DNA of 64,000 nt from the NCBI GenBank assembly GCA_025782395.1, contig JALGZD010000218.1, forward strand, positions 4,876 through 68,875, given 5' to 3'. Each line of letters opens with the position of its first letter. Positions within the stretch are counted from its first letter, which is position 1. Of this stretch, positions 37,638-45,698 are shown piece by piece. Both the position numbers and the translations under genes were made by a program. This DNA comes from a bacterium (GTDB lineage: Bacteria > Joyebacterota > Joyebacteria > Joyebacterales > Joyebacteraceae). Under the pieces are notes generated by a model. That model saw nothing but the letters and a program-made list of their open reading frames with translations, searched no databases and was not told the origin of the DNA.

Positions 37638-39056
37638 ATGATTTCGTTCCGGAGACTGGCGGCCGGTACCCTCGCAGCTGTTTTACTCGCGCTACCGCTG
37701 GTGGCGATGATCTTCCTGACGGGCTGTCGCAAGGAGGAGAAGATCCTGATCGATACGAACCTCGCCCCCAACACGCGCCTGACGAGCGCCCCGGCACCTT
37801 ACGACCAGATGAACTACAGAGTGCACATGCGCTGGGCTGGGACCGATCCGGATGGGTTCGTGGTAGGCTACTACTTCGCATGGGACGATACGATACCCGG
37901 CGTGGGAGCAGACCCCAGCGCCTGGACGTTCACAGACAGTACACACCAGCTCTTCAAGGCACAGATCGATACTGCCGGCGAGACAAGGCGGCATACGTTC
38001 TACGTGCGCGCAGTCGACAATGAGGGCTCGCTTGATCCAACCCCGGCGCGAATTCGGTTCGACGCCTGGACCATCCAGCCCGTTGTCGATTCGCTGTACA
38101 GGGCAAACGGCCCCGAGGATGCCGGCGGCGACAACTACAACCCAGGCTACAAGGATACGGTGCTGATGTATACTCCCTGTGTCTTCATCTGGGGAGGCCA
38201 TGACCCCGATGGTCAGGGAGCCCCGGTCGAGTTCAGCTACAGGCTCGACTCGGCCCCCTTCACAGAGTGGGCAGACATCACCACCGCGACAGTTGAGAAC
38301 ATCACGAGCGGCACGCACTTCTTCTATGTCAAAGCCAGAGATGAAACCGGTTCGGAGAACTTCCCTGAGAACGCGAAGTTCGTCATGAACTATGATCCTG
38401 ATTCTGAGATCCTCGAGCCCACCGAGCCGACCGGTACGCTCACCATCTCCGACCGCGACACGATCTGGTTCCGCTGGGACGCTCGCGATCGCGAGGAGGA
38501 CGAGGGTCTTGAGGGTGGCGTCATCGAGGTCTGGATCACGCTCGATGTCGGATTCCAGAAGAGGTTTACCTACGACGGTCCACCCTACACGGGCGAGTGG
38601 TACTTCACGTCGAACACTTTCGCGTCAGACGAGCACTACATATCCAGCATCAACAAACCGACGGGCGGCAACAACAGCCACTTTTTCGCGATCTATGCCA
38701 AGGATGTCGAGAATCGCTTTGAGACGACCAGTGAGCTCGAGTCCGACCACGAACTATACATGTTCTGGTACAACTTCCCTCCAACGTCCGAGATCACATT
38801 CCCAGCCGCAGGTAACATGGTTCCTCAGGACTTCACGGTGACGTGGGAAGGAACCGACATCGACGGCGAGATCGTCCACTACCAGTATGTTCTCGACCCC
38901 TTGATCAACAGCTGGCAGATAACCGAGGACAACTTCATGGAGTATGAGGACATCGAAGTGGGCGAGCACAAGTTCAACGTTCGCGCATTGGATAACGCCG
39001 GATGCTGGGAAGAGGGTTACCAGGAAGTGATATTTCACGTGTCAGACAGCAAATAG
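37638..39056 (+). CDS. lipoprotein with PKD-like Ig-fold repeats (W-x-G-x-D-x-D-G-x-I-x-x-Y)
   Basis: 472 aa. Lipobox LTGC. Start ATG 37638 after GGAGGG. Four repeats such as NYRVHMRWAGTDPDGFVVGYYFAWDD and FTVTWEGTDIDGEIVHYQYVLDP. Confidence 0.65.
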   Translation: MISFRRLAAGTLAAVLLALPLVAMIFLTGCRKEEKILIDTNLAPNTRLTSAPAPYDQMNYRVHMRWAGTDPDGFVVGYYFAWDDTIPGVGADPSAWTFTDSTHQLFKAQIDTAGETRRHTFYVRAVDNEGSLDPTPARIRFDAWTIQPVVDSLYRANGPEDAGGDNYNPGYKDTVLMYTPCVFIWGGHDPDGQGAPVEFSYRLDSAPFTEWADITTATVENITSGTHFFYVKARDETGSENFPENAKFVMNYDPDSEILEPTEPTGTLTISDRDTIWFRWDARDREEDEGLEGGVIEVWITLDVGFQKRFTYDGPPYTGEWYFTSNTFASDEHYISSINKPTGGNNSHFFAIYAKDVENRFETTSELESDHELYMFWYNFPPTSEITFPAAGNMVPQDFTVTWEGTDIDGEIVHYQYVLDPLINSWQITEDNFMEYEDIEVGEHKFNVRALDNAGCWEEGYQEVIFHVSDSK

Positions 39057-39107
39057 GAGTGAGGGACTCCCCCTGTGTGCAACAGATACAAGGAGGAACA
39101 GGAGACG

Positions 39108-41045
39108 ATGATCGGTTTCAAGCGAACTCTGGCAGTGCTCCTGATCACCGGGATCTTGATCGTGGTTCTGCTGGCTGGATGCACCAAGTTCAGCCCAGGC
39201 CGTGTGGACGAGAACATCCCCCCGGAAACGACGCTCTCCTTCGCACCGGATGAGGGCGATCACGCGAACTATCGTGTGAGGATGAACTGGTTCGGCTGGG
39301 ATCCCGACGGAGAGATAAATTACTACTGGACCAAGTGGGACACGTTCGACTGGGTAAGGGTGGTGAGCACGGACAGCGTTTTCCATGTTTCCGCGCATGC
39401 CGACAGCGTCGACTCGCTGAAGGGGTACGAGTACCACAGCTTCAGCGTGAAGGCCGTCGACAACGAGGGGGCCGAGGACCCGTCACCGGAGAATATCTCC
39501 TTCACTGCGTTCACTCTGGTTCCGGATACGCACATCCTGCGAGGACCGTCCGGTGTCACCGGACCGATGGTCACGTTCGAGTGGAGTGGCACAGACCGTG
39601 ACGGTGTCATCGCGTCCTATGCGTACAGGCTCTTCCGCTGGGAAACATCCGTGCCGGGCTGGATTGAGGTTGCAAACCAGGACAGCCTGGGTGCGGAGCA
39701 TACGGTCGCGAACTTCGGGCCTCTGGCGGGCCTCCACAAGTTCGAGGTGTGCGCAACCGACGATGCTGGAGCGTCGGATCAGAGTCCCGCCGTGAGAGAG
39801 TTCACGTGCAACCCGGAGCTCGCCGGTCCCAAGCTCTACGCCTACTCCAACATCTTCGGCCTGAGGGTGTTTCGCGGGCCGGTGTGGAATCCCGACTACA
39901 ACCTACCCACACCGATCTTTGCAGGAGAAAGGCTTTCTTTCCGGTGGGCAGCATCGGCTGAGTCGTACGGCGGTCAGGTAATGGGGTACCGCCACGCATA
40001 CGACGACACCTCCACCTGGCCGGCATGGTCCGTCTATGACATGGAGTTCACTGTCACGCCAACGCTCGGCAGACACTCGCTCTATGTCAGCGCTATCGAC
40101 AACTCCAACGTCGTGACACGGGGCAGATTCTCCTTCGATGTTGTAGAGGCCACTCTCGACGAGTTCATCCTGATTGTCGACGACTGGGATGACGACGAGG
40201 GATCGGCTAGCCGACCGACCGACGAGGAACGGAACGCGTTCTGGAATGGCTTGCTCGCCGGCTACGAACACCAGCGCCTGGAGTGGCAGCCGGACCAGCA
40301 TCAACACAGCGGCGAACCGCAACCACCGGACGTTGAGACATTGAGGAGCGCCTCTACAGTGATCTGGTATGCGGACCTCTGGGATGAGACATCGGAACTT
40401 GCTGACCTGTTCAATCCGCAGCTCCAGGGGTACAATACGCTGGCGGGCTACATGCGGGTCGGCGGGAATCTCATCTTGTCCGGATACAACTGCCTCGAGC
40501 AGATAACGCAACAGTCCTACCCGATGGAGATCACCGATACGGACACGACCGAGGGAGCTCGCTTCGTCAGAGACATCCTCCACATCGGCGCGGCCGACGC
40601 AAGCGGAAACAATTACAACAAGAACTCGCCGTGGGCATACGGCTATTGCTTCTACGGCGACATACCGAGCGACGCCGGTGAGTCCTACGGGTTCGAACCC
40701 ATGTATATCGACAGCGTGGGTCCCGGTGGCTATCCCGAGCCCGGGAAATGGTGGATGTACACGTCGTCACACGTGAACTTGTCCCGGTGTGGTTTCCCCG
40801 ATGTGGAGAAGCTGCAAACGTACCACGGCTCCGGTCTCGAGATCTTCACCATCCACCCGTATCTCAACATGAACTACGATGGCATGACATCCGCTGTTCT
40901 CTACCTCTCGGGTGATGACCGTGGCAACACATGCTACTTCGGCCACCCGCTCTATTTCCTCCAGACGGACCAGGTCGCCCCCAATTTCGACCGTGTCATG
41001 GCCCTCTTTGGAGAACAGAAGGCGGTGCTGATCGGGCAAGACTAG
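39108..41045 (+). CDS. paralogous lipoprotein with PKD-like Ig-fold repeats
   Basis: 645 aa. Lipobox LLAGC. Start ATG 39108 after AAGGAGG. Repeats NYRVRMNWFGWDPDGEINYYWTKWD and VTFEWSGTDRDGVIASYAYRL. Confidence 0.65.
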   Translation: MIGFKRTLAVLLITGILIVVLLAGCTKFSPGRVDENIPPETTLSFAPDEGDHANYRVRMNWFGWDPDGEINYYWTKWDTFDWVRVVSTDSVFHVSAHADSVDSLKGYEYHSFSVKAVDNEGAEDPSPENISFTAFTLVPDTHILRGPSGVTGPMVTFEWSGTDRDGVIASYAYRLFRWETSVPGWIEVANQDSLGAEHTVANFGPLAGLHKFEVCATDDAGASDQSPAVREFTCNPELAGPKLYAYSNIFGLRVFRGPVWNPDYNLPTPIFAGERLSFRWAASAESYGGQVMGYRHAYDDTSTWPAWSVYDMEFTVTPTLGRHSLYVSAIDNSNVVTRGRFSFDVVEATLDEFILIVDDWDDDEGSASRPTDEERNAFWNGLLAGYEHQRLEWQPDQHQHSGEPQPPDVETLRSASTVIWYADLWDETSELADLFNPQLQGYNTLAGYMRVGGNLILSGYNCLEQITQQSYPMEITDTDTTEGARFVRDILHIGAADASGNNYNKNSPWAYGYCFYGDIPSDAGESYGFEPMYIDSVGPGGYPEPGKWWMYTSSHVNLSRCGFPDVEKLQTYHGSGLEIFTIHPYLNMNYDGMTSAVLYLSGDDRGNTCYFGHPLYFLQTDQVAPNFDRVMALFGEQKAVLIGQD

Positions 41046-41091
41046 AACCTCGAATCACCACCAAACCGCAGGTTCGGCGAACTACACACAC

Positions 41092-41123
41092 GAGCGCCTG
41101 GAGCAGAAATGCTCCAGGCGCTC
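41092..41123. terminator. perfect 14-bp inverted repeat with GAAA tetraloop between convergent genes, probable bidirectional intrinsic terminator
   Basis: GAGCGCCTGGAGCA-GAAA-TGCTCCAGGCGCTC read directly. Lies between the stop of 39108..41045(+) and the stop of 41271..42341(-). Confidence 0.5.
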
Positions 41124-41270
41124 GTCGTTGCCGCACATACCCTTCCCGCACGATGCCACACGGAAACGCCCAGAGACAATCACTGCCCCTGGGCATTCCC
41201 TTCTGCACATTCCTCTACCGCACCCACCAACACCATTCCGGGAGACCCACCGAGATACACACGGTAGTAC

Positions 41271-42341
41271 CTAGAAGATGAAAGTCACTGAGAATCTGTC
41301 AATGTGGTCCAGATTCCCCATGTCCGCGTAGGCATAGTCGACCCGAACCGACGCCTCGCTGGTCGGGAAAAGCAGGCCGGCTCCGAGTGTCAATCCCTCT
41401 TCATCATAGTTGAAGCGGTAGCCGGCACGCCCAAACAGGAAGAGACTGTCCCTGTTGAACGTATACTCGGTCCCGACGCTCATGCGATCGGCCCCATCCG
41501 GCGTTCGCTTGTAGTCCCCTGCTACGGTGACGCGGTGGGTCACCACATCGAAAACCCTCATCGATGCGCCGGCTCTGTACGTGGTCGGCATCGGGAAGTC
41601 ATCTCCGAACCCACTCTCTGAACCCGTTCGGGACCAGTGGTTGGCAGGACCGAGATTCATCACCGAGGCTCCCACCCGCAGATTCCGAATGCGGGTCTCA
41701 TAGAGAACACCGAGATCCCCGGTCAGGCCTTCACAGAACGCCTCGGCCATCCCGAGGTGATACCACCGGACCGTCCCGCCGACCGAGAGACCGTCGCCGA
41801 AATCCCAGCAGTAGCTGCCTCCGAACGCCATGTCCCCCGCGTCGACCTTTTCCCCAGTACCGATTCCGAATTCGCTGTCGGGATTGTAGTACTCGGTCTT
41901 CTCGGCGTAGGGACTCATCTGCATCACGGCCCAGCTGAACGCGAACGTGCCCGGTAGAACGCTGTGATGAAACCCGTAGCTCACGTGCTGGTATGAGATG
42001 TCCCCGGGCCACGTCGATGTTTCGATATGGATCTCGCTGGCCTCCATGAGCCTGAGTCCAGCCGGATTGTAGAACACGGTCAGTGCATCGTCAGCGAGCC
42101 CTGTGAATGCGCCTCCCAGCCCGATCTGCCTCGCGCCTACGTCCATTTCGAGGAAGCTGGCGAGATGTGTCCCGGCTCCACCGGCGAAGCCCGCCTGTGG
42201 AACGCAGAGCAGCAGTGATAGCGCGCCTATCACAAGCAGGTGTCGTCGCAAGTAGTATCTCCTTTCAACATCCCCCGATCGAAGGCATACAGAAGGGGGA
42301 TACTTCACCTTGGGAACAAGCAGATCCGTATCAGAAAGCAA
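41271..42341 (-). CDS. FadL/PorV-PorQ-family outer-membrane beta-barrel protein
   Basis: 356 aa. Motif VGARQIGLGGAFTGLADDALTVFYNPAGL. The true start is probably internal, near the signal peptide LLVIGALSLLLCVPQAGFA. Confidence 0.6.
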   Translation of the reverse strand: MLSDTDLLVPKVKYPPSVCLRSGDVERRYYLRRHLLVIGALSLLLCVPQAGFAGGAGTHLASFLEMDVGARQIGLGGAFTGLADDALTVFYNPAGLRLMEASEIHIETSTWPGDISYQHVSYGFHHSVLPGTFAFSWAVMQMSPYAEKTEYYNPDSEFGIGTGEKVDAGDMAFGGSYCWDFGDGLSVGGTVRWYHLGMAEAFCEGLTGDLGVLYETRIRNLRVGASVMNLGPANHWSRTGSESGFGDDFPMPTTYRAGASMRVFDVVTHRVTVAGDYKRTPDGADRMSVGTEYTFNRDSLFLFGRAGYRFNYDEEGLTLGAGLLFPTSEASVRVDYAYADMGNLDHIDRFSVTFIF

Positions 42342-43302
42342 CCGTCATCCCGACGCGATGAACGCCTCCGAGATAGCCGAAGTCCGCATAGCTGTAGTCG
42401 ACACCGACCCAACCGAGAGACCCGACAAAGACCTTTGCCCCACCTCCGGCTGAGAACGTTTCCTCATCGTAGTTCATCTTGTAGCCGACGCGCGCGAAGT
42501 ACGTCTCATTGAGAGCGTACTCCGCTCCCACATTGATCTTCTCGGATGTGTCGGACGGGTGCCGAAACTCGGCCGCGACCGTCACCCTTTGCCCGGGTGT
42601 ATCGATAACCCTCATCGAGATTCCGAACTTGAACGTCGCCGGCACCGGGACATCTTCGTCAATGTAAGCGCCGCCCGGACCCATGTTCTGGATTGCAAGG
42701 CCGATCTTCAACGATCGGAAGCCAGTGTCGTATAGAGTCCCGAAATCCAACAGGAATCCCTCGATGTAGTAGTCGCCGAGCCCCTCGACCCCCAGCACAG
42801 AAAGATCCCCTAGACTGGAGTGAACCCACTTCATCGTGCCGCCGGCTGCAAACTTGTCGGTAAAGATCCTCGCGTACGTAACTCCAACGGCCAGATCACT
42901 GCACTGGAAATCAACCCCCACACCCTCCGGGACATCAGCAGTCCTCACGGCCATCGGATCCATGGAAAGCGAAGTCACGCTGACACCGAGAATCCCGGGA
43001 ATGAAACCGGGGCGCATGGCGTAGCCGAAGTACTGATGGGCGATATCGGCAGGCCACGCGGCATACGTGAAGAGAACCGTTGGCTCGGTCACATACCTGA
43101 GCCCAGCGGCGTTCCAGTAAAGCGACTCGATCCCCTCTGCCGCCCCTACCATCGCCTCACCCATCGCCGTCCCACGAGCCCCCGCTCCGATCTCAAGGAA
43201 TTGAAAGCCGGCTGTGCCGACCTTCTCGAACATCTCCGTGGCTGACGCCGGCACCGCCAGAACACCCACAGCCAGCAGAATCAGCAGAAGCTTCCGAGTC
43301 AA
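42331..43302 (-). CDS. FadL/PorV-PorQ-family outer-membrane beta-barrel protein
   Basis: 323 aa. Signal peptide MTRKLLLILLAVGVLAVPASA. Motif IGAGARGTAMGEAMVGAAEGIESLYWNAAGL. Confidence 0.6.
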   Translation of the reverse strand: MTRKLLLILLAVGVLAVPASATEMFEKVGTAGFQFLEIGAGARGTAMGEAMVGAAEGIESLYWNAAGLRYVTEPTVLFTYAAWPADIAHQYFGYAMRPGFIPGILGVSVTSLSMDPMAVRTADVPEGVGVDFQCSDLAVGVTYARIFTDKFAAGGTMKWVHSSLGDLSVLGVEGLGDYYIEGFLLDFGTLYDTGFRSLKIGLAIQNMGPGGAYIDEDVPVPATFKFGISMRVIDTPGQRVTVAAEFRHPSDTSEKINVGAEYALNETYFARVGYKMNYDEETFSAGGGAKVFVGSLGWVGVDYSYADFGYLGGVHRVGMTVAF

Positions 43303-43364
43303 GAACTTCCTCCTTCCGCCGGTCGGCAGGCGCGTCCGGGCTCATGCCGCCGGCACCACATCAG

Positions 43365-45692
43365 CTACTTGATGATCGCGAACTTGCCGATCGTTTCTCC
43401 CACAGGTGAGTCGATGTGGTACAGATAGACACCACTCACAATGATCTGATTGTTTCGAGATATCATGTTCCAGCACGCGTCACCGCCTGATTCCTCAGCA
43501 TCCGGATGGAGTGTCTTAACGAGCTCCCCTCCAAGTGAGTAAATCCTGACGATCGCATCGCGTGGCAGATTCTGGAAGCAGATTTTCTCTCCGGTTGGAT
43601 CCGTGTCGTCGGGCGCAAGGTTCCAGCGCGCCATGTACTCATGATCGACGTAGGGATTCGGTACTACGCGCACATCGTCCAACGTGTTGTGCACGGCCGA
43701 ACCGGGGATGACGAGAGTCTTGTTCTGCGAGTATTTCCCGTAGTGATAGCCTTCTGCCGTGCTGTCATACGCGGTGACGGAGTACCAGTAGGCGAAACCG
43801 TTCTTCACCAGCGTGTCGACGAAGGCATACTTCCCGATGCCCTCAAGCCCTGTGTCCCATTCCTCCAGCTCGACGCCACCATCGCCCTTGTCTATATCAA
43901 GGATGAGCTGCCAGTCCTGGTCGCGTGGCTCGGTCGATTCCCTCGTCCACCCGACGGCCTTCCAGACCTGGTAGCCGAAGAAGTCTCTGATTCTCGTCAA
44001 CGGATCTTCGAGCTCCTCAGGATAGTCGTCCCACTCGATGCGAACGAAGCGATCTCCCGACGTGATCTCCTGGGCCGGCGGAGGCGGAGGCGTATCGGCC
44101 ACCCAGTGGATGCGCACGCTCTCCGGCTCGCCTATGCAGTTGGGAACGGTCTGAGTGATGCCATTATAGATCTGCTGCGCCGTCGCAGCGTTCTCCAGCA
44201 TTCCATCGAAACCCTGCCCCAGCACGAACGCGTACTGAAACTCGAGTGTGTCGCCCGGCACGATCTCTCTGAAGGGCCCGGCTGAGAGGAGAAGGCGGTA
44301 GTCCTGCGGCGATTCCGCGTCCCGGTCGATGTTGACCATGTACTCGTCTTCTTCGTCGATATCGCCATCGTTGTCGTTATCGATGCCGTCCAGAAGCGGA
44401 TAGTCGGCTTCCCCTCTCAGGAGGCGATAACGATCCCTGTCGTGATTCGGATCCTCAGCACCGATCGACCAGATGCTGAACGCGTGGACCTGGACCCTCG
44501 TGGGGGCACTCGGCAGATTCCCCGGCAGCAACGTATCGGCGCTGATCGTCGGGTGACCGAGGAACATGCAACCAATGTAGCCGCCGGCCGTGTTGCCGTC
44601 CTGCCCATATGGATCGTCGAACATGTAGCAGAGTGACATCCGCAGAGTGTCGAGTTTTGCGGGGTCGTTCGGATTCTGGCTTGTGACCGTCGTGTCGATG
44701 TAGCCGCCGCGGTCATCTTGCCAATAGAAGAGATCGTTCTCGTCGGGACCGGCGTCCGCATCTACCATGAAGCCGACGTACGCCATGCGAATCGTGTCGT
44801 CACCTACGTTCGTGACCTGGTAGTTGATTCCGACAAAATCGTCCGTCTTCTCGCTCGTCCACTGGTAGCTTTCCTGAATGACTCTGAGACCCAGGCTCTT
44901 GTGAAGATCGATCGACGCGTTCCCGTTGACGTCCTCTTCATAAATGTCCGCGTAGATCATCCGGAACATCTGCTGCGAGATAGCAGCGAAATCTTCGTCT
45001 ACGAGGCCGTCGTCGTCATTGTCGACGCCGTCCAGCGGATCTTCATCGTACCATTCAAACGGCGCATCTTCGAAAAAGACGTGATCCGAGCAGTCGCCGT
45101 CATCGTCTGCGAATCTTGTGCTGTTCGCGCCGCCCTCCCAGGCTTCGTAGATTACCGCCAGAAAGTCATCAGGATCGGGGCGGAATTCCTGCTGGTAGAC
45201 GGCCGCCGTGACCAGCGTGTCGGGAGCTCCAGTCACATCATCCCGAACAATGCCCCCGAACCACAGACCTGCTGCATAGAGATACTCGTTGTTGCTGCCC
45301 GCCGGCCACTCGCAGGATGGATTGTTGAGATCGCCGCCGAATCTGCCGAAGAAACCCAGATTGCTGACGTGAAGCAGCACCTGCCCGACATTATGATACC
45401 AACCGAAATAGACATAGATCCGGCTCTCAATTTCACGCATCGCCTTTTCGTAGCCTGGATCGCTCGGGTCCATCCGTGCATCCGCGTCGCCTGGAATATA
45501 GACGACCATCATCGAGATGAGAGACACGAGCACGATCGCTGCTGCCAGCCGTCGTGCCGCAGGGAAAATGGTGCGTCCTCTTTTCTGACTAATCGTGCCA
45601 AGAATCATCAACAACCTCCGTACCGATTTCCCGGCGATCGTTACGCGTCGGTCGACCGGATCCAGGAAAACCCTCTGATCGACCAGACACAA
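43365..45692 (-). CDS. large secreted acidic protein with calcium-binding-type DxDxDG repeats and a type-A T9SS C-terminal sorting domain
   Basis: 775 aa. Signal peptide near LAAAIVLVSLISMMVVYIPGDADA. Repeated DGVDNDDDGLVDED and DGIDNDNDGDIDEED motifs. C-terminus ...IVRIYSLGGELVKTLHPDAEE...SGVYLYHIDSPVGETIGKFAIIK matches the type-A CTD. No HExxH motif seen. Confidence 0.7.
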   Translation of the reverse strand: MCLVDQRVFLDPVDRRVTIAGKSVRRLLMILGTISQKRGRTIFPAARRLAAAIVLVSLISMMVVYIPGDADARMDPSDPGYEKAMREIESRIYVYFGWYHNVGQVLLHVSNLGFFGRFGGDLNNPSCEWPAGSNNEYLYAAGLWFGGIVRDDVTGAPDTLVTAAVYQQEFRPDPDDFLAVIYEAWEGGANSTRFADDDGDCSDHVFFEDAPFEWYDEDPLDGVDNDDDGLVDEDFAAISQQMFRMIYADIYEEDVNGNASIDLHKSLGLRVIQESYQWTSEKTDDFVGINYQVTNVGDDTIRMAYVGFMVDADAGPDENDLFYWQDDRGGYIDTTVTSQNPNDPAKLDTLRMSLCYMFDDPYGQDGNTAGGYIGCMFLGHPTISADTLLPGNLPSAPTRVQVHAFSIWSIGAEDPNHDRDRYRLLRGEADYPLLDGIDNDNDGDIDEEDEYMVNIDRDAESPQDYRLLLSAGPFREIVPGDTLEFQYAFVLGQGFDGMLENAATAQQIYNGITQTVPNCIGEPESVRIHWVADTPPPPPAQEITSGDRFVRIEWDDYPEELEDPLTRIRDFFGYQVWKAVGWTRESTEPRDQDWQLILDIDKGDGGVELEEWDTGLEGIGKYAFVDTLVKNGFAYWYSVTAYDSTAEGYHYGKYSQNKTLVIPGSAVHNTLDDVRVVPNPYVDHEYMARWNLAPDDTDPTGEKICFQNLPRDAIVRIYSLGGELVKTLHPDAEESGGDACWNMISRNNQIIVSGVYLYHIDSPVGETIGKFAIIK

Positions 45693-45698
45693 AGGCGA

